IMG/VR virus record: IMGVR_UViG_3300034061_003767
From: an uncultured virus (IMG/VR IMGVR_UViG_3300034061_003767)
Taxonomy: Duplodnaviria > Heunggongvirae > Uroviricota > Caudoviricetes
Direction: 5' to 3' (one strand)
Length of the DNA stretch: 64,000 nt
In this document: positions 10,103 to 18,686 of the stretch, piece by piece
Layout of the letters: every line of letters starts with the position of its first letter
How positions within the stretch are numbered: the first letter of the stretch is position 1
Notes under the pieces: generated by a model
The model's input: the letters and a program-made list of their open reading frames with translations, nothing else
Told to the model about the DNA's origin: nothing
The model's database searches: none
Translations under genes and position numbers: made by a program

Positions 10103-10781
10103 TTATAATAAAATTTGCGTATTTGATTTTGAAACCGACGGTTCCGATCCCAAAACCTGTAGTCCTGTGCAAATTGCTGCTGTGATTATAGATCCTATTA
10201 AATTAGAAATTATACCCAATTCAGAATTTAATATTAATTTCAAACCAGAGGTACTGGAACAAAACGATGATTATGTTTATACCACAGATATTTTAGATTT
10301 TCATGGTAAGGTTAAAGGATGTTCTAAAGAAGACGTTCTAAATGAATGGAAAAACTATCCAAAACAACAACAGTCTTGGAATATGTTTGTGAATTATCTA
10401 GATAAATATCATTCAAGATCTTCTAAGAAAAGTCAATTTAGTGCTCCGATAGCGGCTGGTTATAATATTCATAGATTTGACCTAAAAATTATTGATAGAT
10501 TAAGCCAGAAATATGACAATGTAAATAAAGAAAATACATCAGACATTTTTTATCCTAGAGATATTATAGATGTTATGAATTTAGTTTTTTATTGGTTTGA
10601 GCATAATCCTGATCTAAAGAGCTATAGTATGGATAATTTACGAGAATATTTTGGTATAGATAAAGATGGCGCCCATGACGCTATCAAAGATGTTAAAGAT
10701 ACAGCAGATATTATGATTAGATTTATGAAACTACACAGAAATGTAGCCTCTAAAGTTAAGTTTAAAAACTCATTCAAATGA
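10095..10781 (+). CDS. dnaQ: DEDDh 3'-5' exonuclease (DnaQ/epsilon-like)
   Basis: ExoI FDFET, ExoII AGYNIHRFD, ExoIII AHDAIKD. Confidence 0.88.
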   Translation: MINYNKICVFDFETDGSDPKTCSPVQIAAVIIDPIKLEIIPNSEFNINFKPEVLEQNDDYVYTTDILDFHGKVKGCSKEDVLNEWKNYPKQQQSWNMFVNYLDKYHSRSSKKSQFSAPIAAGYNIHRFDLKIIDRLSQKYDNVNKENTSDIFYPRDIIDVMNLVFYWFEHNPDLKSYSMDNLREYFGIDKDGAHDAIKDVKDTADIMIRFMKLHRNVASKVKFKNSFK

Positions 10782-12394
10782 AAAAATTCAGTTATAATTG
10801 TGGTTGTTGTTTTGATATATTGGACGAATCTAAAAAAAGCATTCAATTTGATCCATTTATAGAAAATATTAATTTGGAATGTTCTAGAACATGGGATCTA
10901 ATTAGCGAAGGAAATACTAAAGGAATATTTCAATTAGAATCACGCTTAGGAAGATCTATCGCTAAAAAACTCAAACCTGAAAATATTGAACAACTCTCTG
11001 CTTTAATTAGCATTATGCGTCCCGGTTGTCTTGAAGCAATTCGCGGAGGTAAAAGCGTAACCAATCACTATATAGACAAAAAAAATGGTGAGGAATCTCT
11101 TGATTATTTTCATCCATCGTTAGAACCCATATTGAAAACAACATATGGAGAAATGATATATCAAGAACAGGCTATGGAAATTGCTAAGAATATTGCTGGG
11201 TTCAACTTGCAAGAGGCTGATATGTTGCGTAAAGCTATCGGCAAAAAGAAACCAGAAGAAATGGCAAAGATTAAAACTAAATTTTTAGATGGAGTAGCTA
11301 ATACAAAAATAGTTAATCAATCAGAAGCAGAGCAAATCTTTGGTTGGATCGAAAAAAGTCAAAGATACTCTTTTAATAAGTCTCATAGCGTAAGTTATGC
11401 CGTTAATGCTTACCTTTCTGCATACGCCAAGGCTCATTTCCCCAAAATCTTTTTTGCCTCATATCTAAGATTCGCCAAAGACAAAATAGATCCTCATGAA
11501 GAGATTAAAGCCCTGGTTCAAAACGCAAATGAAATGGATGTTAGTATTAAAACTCCAGATCTTAGAATTATGAATGAATTTTTTGTTTTAAAAAATAATG
11601 ATATTTATTTTGGTTTAACAGATATAAAGGGCGTGGGTTCGTCGGTCTTTGTAAAATTAAAGAAAATAGTAGAAGCATTAAATCAACCACTATCAGAGAT
11701 GTCCTGGCCTAAAATATCTTTTATGATATTATCCAATATAAACTCTACTGCCGCTAAAGCTTTAATAGAGAGTGGGGCGACATCCTTTATTAAAAAAACA
11801 AGAACCTGTATGCTTTTTGAACAAGAGCTTGTCTCTTTATTAACTAAAAAAGAATCATCCTACATAATAGATAATATTAACAAATACGCAACTGTTAAAG
11901 AAGCTTTAGAAGACTTACTATTAAACAGTAAGATTAATAAAAACAGAAAAAAAGTAATCTCTGATGCTATTAATATGATACAAAATCCACCCTACTCTTT
12001 AGAAGACAGTCCGGAATGGATAGCGGATGTTGAGGATACTAATCTAGGTTGTGCAATAACGTGTTCTAAAGTGGATATGTATGATATCAGTATGACAAAT
12101 GCCACTTGTAGAGATTTTAAAAATGGTATTAATAACAATAATTTAATTATGGGCGGAGAGATAGATTACATAAATATAACAAAAACTAAAAATGGACAAA
12201 ATCCGGGCGAAGAAATGAGTTTTGTTACTATGTCTGACGGAACCGGATCTGTTGATTCTATCATATTTTTTCCAGAGATATATAAGAAATATAAGTCTAT
12301 ATTATTTTCTGGTAATGTGATTATTGTTTGTGGTAGTAGGTCTAGATCCAAAGACAGCTTTGTAGTAGAAAAGGCTTATGTTGCAAAAACTTGA
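10778..12394 (+). CDS. dnaE: DNA polymerase III alpha, C-terminal part (fingers, HhH, OB)
   Basis: GNTKGIFQLES, RPG, TYGEMIYQEQ, ADMLRKAIGKK, YSFNKSH, GLTDIKGVG, MSFVTMSDGTG. Confidence 0.92.
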   Translation: MKKFSYNCGCCFDILDESKKSIQFDPFIENINLECSRTWDLISEGNTKGIFQLESRLGRSIAKKLKPENIEQLSALISIMRPGCLEAIRGGKSVTNHYIDKKNGEESLDYFHPSLEPILKTTYGEMIYQEQAMEIAKNIAGFNLQEADMLRKAIGKKKPEEMAKIKTKFLDGVANTKIVNQSEAEQIFGWIEKSQRYSFNKSHSVSYAVNAYLSAYAKAHFPKIFFASYLRFAKDKIDPHEEIKALVQNANEMDVSIKTPDLRIMNEFFVLKNNDIYFGLTDIKGVGSSVFVKLKKIVEALNQPLSEMSWPKISFMILSNINSTAAKALIESGATSFIKKTRTCMLFEQELVSLLTKKESSYIIDNINKYATVKEALEDLLLNSKINKNRKKVISDAINMIQNPPYSLEDSPEWIADVEDTNLGCAITCSKVDMYDISMTNATCRDFKNGINNNNLIMGGEIDYINITKTKNGQNPGEEMSFVTMSDGTGSVDSIIFFPEIYKKYKSILFSGNVIIVCGSRSRSKDSFVVEKAYVAKT

Positions 12395-12418
12395 CATAGC
12401 ATCGCGCTATGTTATAAT
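12391..12418 (+). promoter_or_regulatory. sigma70 consensus promoter for ssb with an internal inverted repeat
   Basis: TTGACA (12391) - 16 nt - TATAAT (12413), with extended -10 TG; AAGGAG RBS before ssb. Confidence 0.75.
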
Positions 12419-12462
12419 ACTGTTAGTTTGGTTACTTTTTATTTTTTAAGGAGCTTATATAT

Positions 12463-12834
12463 ATGAATATTGTTATGTTACGAGGTAATCTTGCACGAGA
12501 TCCTGAGCTAAGAACCGTTAATATTGGAGATAAACAAACTTCTGTAGTTAATTTTACAGTTGCTACATCTCGTGAATTTACCAAGGCTAACGGAACACAA
12601 GATAAGATTACATCTTTCATTCAGTGCGAGGCTTGGGACAGTGGAGCCGAAGCGGTGGCCTCGTCTTTAAAGAAGGGCGATTTGGTCATGATAGAAGGAA
12701 GTCTAAGGAATGATAGTTGGGAAAAGGACGGGGTTAAGCATAGCACTCTTAAGGTTAGAGTAAATAATTTTGCTCCAATTGTTAAGGCTAAGAAATCTAA
12801 AACCAGTAATGAAACAGAAACTGTGGCGTTCTGA
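12463..12834 (+). CDS. ssb: single-stranded DNA-binding protein
   Basis: GNLARDPELR, FTVAT, FIQCEAW, KKGDLVMIEGSL; acidic C-terminal tail ending in F. Confidence 0.95.
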   Translation: MNIVMLRGNLARDPELRTVNIGDKQTSVVNFTVATSREFTKANGTQDKITSFIQCEAWDSGAEAVASSLKKGDLVMIEGSLRNDSWEKDGVKHSTLKVRVNNFAPIVKAKKSKTSNETETVAF

Positions 12835-12849
12835 TAACTTCTAATGATA

Positions 12850-12875
12850 GAGCCCCTAGCAATAGGGGCTTTTAT
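12850..12875 (+). terminator. Rho-independent terminator after ssb
   Basis: AGCCCCTA-GCAA-TAGGGGCT followed by T-rich sequence. Confidence 0.75.
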
Positions 12876-12895
12876 CATTTTAGGACTATTAAAAT

Positions 12896-14539
12896 ATGAA
12901 AAAAAGAGTATTCATTGTTAACGATGCTAGCTTTTTGAATACAGGTTATTCTATTTATGGAAAAGAAATCTTAACTAGATTACACAAAAATCCTAATTTT
13001 GAAGTAGCGGAACTTGGCTGTTATTGTGATATTTCTAATTCTCAAATAAAAAATATTCCTTGGAAATTTTATCCAAATGCCGTCACTTCAAATGATCAAA
13101 GAAGTAATGAATACAAATCCAATATGCTTAATAGATTTGGATTATGGAGATTCAATAGGTGCGTAGCAGACTTTAAGCCCCATATAGTTTTTGATATTAG
13201 AGACTATTGGATGTTTGCATATCAAGAAAATAGTCCTTTCAAAAAGTATTTTCACTGGGTGATAATGCCAGCAACAGATTCATCTCCTCCTAAAATAGAA
13301 TGGTTATATACCTATAACAATGCTGATGTTGTTATTCCATATACAGACTGGGCTAAAAAAGTATTGTCTGAACATTGTGGTTCGCAAATTAATTTATTTC
13401 CTAAGATAGCAAATGCTGGGATAAATCCAGAGGAATTTTATCCATTAGAAAATAAAAAGCAGCATAAAATAAATTACTTGGGTGAGGATCTTAGCGTTGT
13501 TGGTTTGGTAATGAGAAATCAAAAACGCAAATTATTTCCAGATATAATGCTGGCATATAAAAAATACTTAGAAAGATTAAAGTCCTCTTCTCAAACAGAA
13601 CTATATCAAAAAAGCTACTTATATCTACATACTTCTTATCCAGAAGATGCCGGTTGGGATATACCTGGGCTTTTACTAGAATATGGACTACTTGATAAAA
13701 CTTTTTTGACGTATGTTTGTAGAGAATGTAAAGAATTTTTTCCCTCTAAATTTCAAGGACCAATAGCAAAATGTATACATTGTAACAATGGTACGGCTAC
13801 TATTGCTAGTTCTTCTGTTGGAGTAGATACTAAGCAATTAAATCAGATTTACAATTTTTTTGATCTATTTGTACAATATGCTATCTGTGAGGGCTTTGGT
13901 ATGCCTCAAGTTGAAGCGGCAGCTTGTGGTATTCCTATAGCGTCTGTTGATTATAGTGCCATGACAGAGATAGTATCTAAGTTAGATGGATATGCTATAC
14001 CAGTTAATAGAGTGTTTAGAGAATTAGAAACCAATGCAGACAGAGTGTATCCTGATATAGATGCTACAACGGATATAATGTATAACTTTTTTGTTAATAC
14101 AACTGAAGAACAGAGAAAAGCTAAAAATATAGAAACTAGACAAAAATGCATATCGTATTATACTTGGGATAATGTTTATTCTGTGTGGGAGGAATGTTTC
14201 AATAGCATAGATATCACTAAGAAGCTATCTTGGTCATCACAACCTATGCCTCAACCGTCTCATAAGTCTATCAAAGTGCCTAAAAATCTCAGCAATACTA
14301 ATTTTGTAGAATATATATGTCATCATGTTCTGAATAATCGTGATCTTTTAAAGACCGCTAATATACAATCGTTAATTAGAGATTTATCTAATGGTATAAT
14401 AGCAAGAGATGGCAATATGACAATGATAAATAAAAATCAAGCTATAAATATTTTAGAATCATATTTAAATAATCAAATTAGTTGCGAAAAAATGAGATCA
14501 GAACCACAAGCTATACCCAAAGAAGATTTTATACAATGA
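12896..14539 (+). CDS. GT-B glycosyltransferase (GT4-like) with a zinc-ribbon insertion
   Basis: TGYSIY, MRNQKRK, YNFFDLFV...EGFGMPQVEAAACGIP; inserted CREC...CIHC. Confidence 0.85.
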   Translation: MKKRVFIVNDASFLNTGYSIYGKEILTRLHKNPNFEVAELGCYCDISNSQIKNIPWKFYPNAVTSNDQRSNEYKSNMLNRFGLWRFNRCVADFKPHIVFDIRDYWMFAYQENSPFKKYFHWVIMPATDSSPPKIEWLYTYNNADVVIPYTDWAKKVLSEHCGSQINLFPKIANAGINPEEFYPLENKKQHKINYLGEDLSVVGLVMRNQKRKLFPDIMLAYKKYLERLKSSSQTELYQKSYLYLHTSYPEDAGWDIPGLLLEYGLLDKTFLTYVCRECKEFFPSKFQGPIAKCIHCNNGTATIASSSVGVDTKQLNQIYNFFDLFVQYAICEGFGMPQVEAAACGIPIASVDYSAMTEIVSKLDGYAIPVNRVFRELETNADRVYPDIDATTDIMYNFFVNTTEEQRKAKNIETRQKCISYYTWDNVYSVWEECFNSIDITKKLSWSSQPMPQPSHKSIKVPKNLSNTNFVEYICHHVLNNRDLLKTANIQSLIRDLSNGIIARDGNMTMINKNQAINILESYLNNQISCEKMRSEPQAIPKEDFIQ

Positions 14540-15288
14540 ATAATCAAATATCCTCAATTCATACCCCATGTAAACAGTGTGTTTTTGCGAAATACATAGA
14601 TAATACACAAACTGACTGTTATCTATCATATATAGATCTTTACAAACAAAATAGTGTGGAAGTTCTCGAAGCATATGATCATGATAAAGAGTTCTTTATC
14701 ATTAATAATAAAAAATGTATTGGCTATAGAGAAAATAAATGGTTTGAGAAGAGGGGCATGTCTAACTCTTCGATAGAAGATAAAATAGAAGCATATCGAA
14801 AATCAAATCATGCACACTATGCTGCGATTATAAGTCTTAAAACTATAGATATAAATCAATTAAACAATATATGTGAAATGCTTGATCATAGTGATATTAA
14901 ACCAAAAAAAATTATTCTTATAAGATATCCAGATAATAAAGAGTTTCCTTATCAAGCTATAGAAAATATTTTTAAAGAAAAAAACATATCGTATCCTTGG
15001 CGTATACAAACTATGTTAGATAGTGATATGCCGCATGAACATATATTATATGATATTATTAAAAATAACAAATCTTGTAGGTTTATTTTATCCATAAATA
15101 CTGATACTTCAAAAATTAATGAAATAATTAATTATGCAAATGATTTGGTTTATAATGGCCTGGGTAGCTTCTATGCTTGTGGGGACTCTACTAAAAATGT
15201 TGTATTATATAGTTCTACAGTTTTGAGGCATTCGTTAGAGACAGGCAAAGATATTCTAAATGATGAGGAGCTATATAAAATTATATGA
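14536..15288 (+). CDS. hypothetical protein (Cys-rich N-terminus, possibly a degenerate GT-A fold)
   Basis: Start re-assigned to ATG 14536 (ATGA overlap); PCKQCVFA...C. Confidence 0.5.
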   Translation: MNNQISSIHTPCKQCVFAKYIDNTQTDCYLSYIDLYKQNSVEVLEAYDHDKEFFIINNKKCIGYRENKWFEKRGMSNSSIEDKIEAYRKSNHAHYAAIISLKTIDINQLNNICEMLDHSDIKPKKIILIRYPDNKEFPYQAIENIFKEKNISYPWRIQTMLDSDMPHEHILYDIIKNNKSCRFILSINTDTSKINEIINYANDLVYNGLGSFYACGDSTKNVVLYSSTVLRHSLETGKDILNDEELYKII

Positions 15289-15914
15289 ATGTTGTGATCC
15301 TTGGCGATAAATTTCAAAAAGGTAAAAAAACCAAGGGTTGCTCCGGCTTGTTTAAGGTTAAAAATACATATTTAATTCTTAAACAGTATAGGGCTATAAG
15401 GGCGGCGTTTCCAAAATCTAATATAGTATATGTCTGTGGATTCGAATATAAAAAGTTATTATCTACTATAGATGATTATGACGAAATAGTAAAAAATATA
15501 AATTTTATCATTAATGAAAATTATAATAAATATAATTATGGATACAGTTTACAACTTTTAAAAGAGTATATTACACAAAAAACTTTGATATTATTTGGAG
15601 ACAGTATTATAGATTATAAAATTTTGAATACTTTTGATTGTCAAAACAATGTATCTCAAATCGTATTAAACAAAAAAAGTACCAGTAGTTTAGGATGTGT
15701 TATAAACAATAAAAAAATACATAACATTTTTTATGATTTAGATAATAAAATAGAAGAAATGTATTTTATCGCTAATAAAGATATAGGCAAATTAAAAGAT
15801 ATACTTGATCAACCAATAAAAAATATGTTCATATTTGAAATTATAAATAAGATGATAGATAATAATGTTTCATTTCAGCCACTAAAAATAGAAAAAGTGA
15901 ACTATGTTGCCTAA
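15285..15914 (+). CDS. sugar/choline-phosphate nucleotidyltransferase-like protein (LicC/MobA fold)
   Basis: VVILG..., VYVCGFE, INENY...N.GYSL, LILFGD. Confidence 0.6.
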   Translation: MNVVILGDKFQKGKKTKGCSGLFKVKNTYLILKQYRAIRAAFPKSNIVYVCGFEYKKLLSTIDDYDEIVKNINFIINENYNKYNYGYSLQLLKEYITQKTLILFGDSIIDYKILNTFDCQNNVSQIVLNKKSTSSLGCVINNKKIHNIFYDLDNKIEEMYFIANKDIGKLKDILDQPIKNMFIFEIINKMIDNNVSFQPLKIEKVNYVA

Positions 15915-16272
15915 AACACTTGCAGTATATTTAGATAATGACTTGTCGGGCGACCACTATTTAGACATTCTTTATAATTACTTTAAAAATAGTTACGAGG
16001 ATTTTGTTGTCATCTCTGACGAGAATAGTCTAATTAAATCAACATATGCTGTAATTCCATCTTTATATTTAAAGTTTTTTAAAGGAGATGTTATATTTAT
16101 GAGCGCAGCTACATTTTTAGAAAAAGAAGATATATTAGCAAATAAAATATATTTATGCGCTTCTATTAATGAGTTATTAGATAATAATATATGTAAAAGT
16201 CGTTTGAAAAACGTAACACTTATTGATATTAAACAATCTGCTATAGAGGTATTTAAAAATGATTGCGTATAA
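15904..16272 (+). CDS. hypothetical protein
   Basis: 122-aa ORF overlapping both neighbours. Confidence 0.5.
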   Translation: MLPKTLAVYLDNDLSGDHYLDILYNYFKNSYEDFVVISDENSLIKSTYAVIPSLYLKFFKGDVIFMSAATFLEKEDILANKIYLCASINELLDNNICKSRLKNVTLIDIKQSAIEVFKNDCV

Positions 16273-17041
16273 ACAGTTGTCGGATAAACAAAAAAAAGAC
16301 TTGCTAATCAAAGAATATGAAATTAATAAAAAAAGTTTTGGACATATCGCTCAAGAACTTGGGACATATGCTAATCAAGTGCGTCGTGATGCTATCAAAT
16401 ATAATATCAAAATTAGAGATAAGAGCGAAGCACAGAAAAATGCTTTAAGTAGTGGTAAAATTCAACATCCAACCAAAGGCAAAGAAAGATCAGAAAAAAC
16501 TAAGAATAAAATAGGACACAGTGTGCTAAAATCTTGGGAAAATTTATCTGAAAAAGAACTCAAACAAAGAAAAGAAAAAGCCAAATTAAATTGGGATAAT
16601 AAAACGGAAGAAGAAAAAGAATTTATCCTAAGAGAAGCTAATATAGCAGTTAGAGAGGCTAGTAAGAAGGGGTCTAAATTAGAAAACTTTTTATTCCAAA
16701 AATTATTAGCAAATGGGTATAATGTGGATTTTCACAAAGAACAAAGCATACTAAATACTAAGTTGCAGATTGACCTTTTTCTACCCAAACATAATATAGC
16801 TATAGAGGTTGATGGCCCTAGTCATTTTGAGCCGGTGTGGGGGGATGATAGTTTAAAAAGAAATAAAAAGTATGATGATAAAAAAACCGGACTAATTTTA
16901 GGCAAAGGCTTATACTTGATCCGAATCAAACAAAGTAAGGATTTTTCAAAAAGTAGAGCATTGTTAATTTTTGAAGAACTAGATTCTACTATTAAAAATA
17001 TATCAAATAATAATTCCAAAGTAATTCATATAGGAGATTGA
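16259..17041 (+). CDS. DUF559/Vsr-like endonuclease with N-terminal HTH/NUMOD3-like DNA-binding segments
   Basis: IAQELGT HTH; GKERSEKTKNKIG; IDLFLP..NIAIEVDGPSHF. Confidence 0.7.
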   Translation: MIAYKQLSDKQKKDLLIKEYEINKKSFGHIAQELGTYANQVRRDAIKYNIKIRDKSEAQKNALSSGKIQHPTKGKERSEKTKNKIGHSVLKSWENLSEKELKQRKEKAKLNWDNKTEEEKEFILREANIAVREASKKGSKLENFLFQKLLANGYNVDFHKEQSILNTKLQIDLFLPKHNIAIEVDGPSHFEPVWGDDSLKRNKKYDDKKTGLILGKGLYLIRIKQSKDFSKSRALLIFEELDSTIKNISNNNSKVIHIGD

Positions 17042-17048
17042 AAACTTT

Positions 17049-17774
17049 ATGCCAAGACCCAAAAAAGAAACTATTGAAACTGATAGCTCATTAGAACAAG
17101 CTGAAACTAAACAACCTACCCCAAACGATATTGAATGGACAGATTATGTTTTAAGCTTACTTTCTGATGATGAAAAAATAATGGGAAATCCTACTACTGA
17201 TGGTTTAAGACGAATATTTGAGAACGCTTTAGATTGTGTGGTTGTGGAAGCTACTAGCAATGTTATTCAAACTCCGGACATTAGTAATGAAAAAAGAGCC
17301 ACAGTAACTCATACTCTTAGGTATGTTTTAAAAAACTATGATACCAACAGTCAAGATTTAAAAAACAGGGTAGTGAGTGGGTCTGCTGACGTTTACTGGG
17401 GCAACTGTGACAAGATCTATAGAAACCACCCAGTGGCTGTAGCGGAAACAAGAGCAGAAGGACGAGCTTTAAGAAGAGCTTTAAAACTACGAAAAGTTGT
17501 GGCCGCTGAAGAATTGGCCAAAGATATTGAGGATCATCCTGATCATGATACTGTAACAAAAATAACTAATAACCAGTTAAATTTTATGGATGTTTTAGCT
17601 AAAAGATTAGATGTTAATATGAGTAAATTATTGGAGAAACTTGCATTATCATCGACTAATATTTATAATATATCATATTCTGATGCTGTGGATATAGTTA
17701 CAAAACTAACACAATACCAGCAGCAAAACAATGTATCCGAAGATATATTGGGATATGAAAGCAACTGGAAATAG
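17049..17774 (+). CDS. Rad52/Sak-like single-strand annealing protein
   Basis: RATV...SGSAD...AVAETRAEGRALRRAL; helical C-terminal domain. Confidence 0.55.
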   Translation: MPRPKKETIETDSSLEQAETKQPTPNDIEWTDYVLSLLSDDEKIMGNPTTDGLRRIFENALDCVVVEATSNVIQTPDISNEKRATVTHTLRYVLKNYDTNSQDLKNRVVSGSADVYWGNCDKIYRNHPVAVAETRAEGRALRRALKLRKVVAAEELAKDIEDHPDHDTVTKITNNQLNFMDVLAKRLDVNMSKLLEKLALSSTNIYNISYSDAVDIVTKLTQYQQQNNVSEDILGYESNWK

Positions 17775-17781
17775 GTGAGTT

Positions 17782-18102
17782 ATGAAAGTTAAATATAAGA
17801 TTGGTGATAAATTAGAATTTGAACTAGAGGCTAGTGGTCAAAAAGAAATTTTCAAAGAACTAGCGCTAATTCAAGAAATCTTTAGTGAAGAAAAGTGTGC
17901 TTTGTGTGGTAGTACTAATCTTAGGTTTGTGGTGAGAACAGTAGAAGGAAACGATTTTTATGAACTTAGGTGTGCTGATTGTGGTGCCATATTAGCTTTT
18001 GGTCAACACAAAAAGGGTGGCACACTATTTCCAAAGCGCAAAGATGATGAGGGAAATTATTTACAAAATAAGGGTTGGCATAAGTGGAGTAAGGATAAGT
18101 AA
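17782..18102 (+). CDS. zinc-ribbon protein
   Basis: CALC...CADC; GGTGA RBS. Confidence 0.6.
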   Translation: MKVKYKIGDKLEFELEASGQKEIFKELALIQEIFSEEKCALCGSTNLRFVVRTVEGNDFYELRCADCGAILAFGQHKKGGTLFPKRKDDEGNYLQNKGWHKWSKDK

Positions 18103-18686
18103 TGAGTCCTCTTTTTACATACAACGGTAAATTATTGGTTGTTGATGGAAAATTAGCAGCTAATGAGAACTGCTGTTGTGGGTGCGATTGTGATGCTTGT
18201 AATATAGAGTCTGAAACAGTATATTATGGCGCCCTTAATGGTAATTTTTTATCGCTTAATGGAGATGCTTATCCCGTCTGTAATTTTACCTTTGAACCGC
18301 CAGAAATTATTACTGGCACAATACAACTATTAAAACCGGATTTATGTAGAGTTAAATTGAGATTTTGGAGAAATATTTTTAGTAATTGCAATGGTGATCA
18401 ACCGGCTGATATAACAGAAGAAAAAGTTACAATAAATTGTACTGATGGTAGAATTTTAGTAGAAAATCTTGGTACAAATACTAGAAAAACATTAAATAAC
18501 GGAGATAATGTTATTTATGATAGTATAGGTTTAGACCCAGAACAAGGTCCTGTTCCAGAAAGTTCTGCTGGAGATACTATCGTAATTTGTTTAAGAGGAA
18601 CAGAAAGCGCCACTTTTACTGTAGAGGCTAAACTCAACTGGACTACCCAAAGGGATCATGATTTATATGGCAATATCTCATGCTAA
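18102..18686 (+). CDS. Cys-rich beta-rich hypothetical protein
   Basis: NGKLLVVDGKLAANENCCCGCDC N-terminus; TAATG overlap with the upstream gene. Confidence 0.55.
   Translation: MSPLFTYNGKLLVVDGKLAANENCCCGCDCDACNIESETVYYGALNGNFLSLNGDAYPVCNFTFEPPEIITGTIQLLKPDLCRVKLRFWRNIFSNCNGDQPADITEEKVTINCTDGRILVENLGTNTRKTLNNGDNVIYDSIGLDPEQGPVPESSAGDTIVICLRGTESATFTVEAKLNWTTQRDHDLYGNISC

Noticed and set aside
9860..10830. Split intein or group I intron joining the DnaE halves
   Set aside because: No N-intein (C-L/I...) tail, no C-intein (..HN/C) head, and the gap is fully occupied by coupled ORFs.
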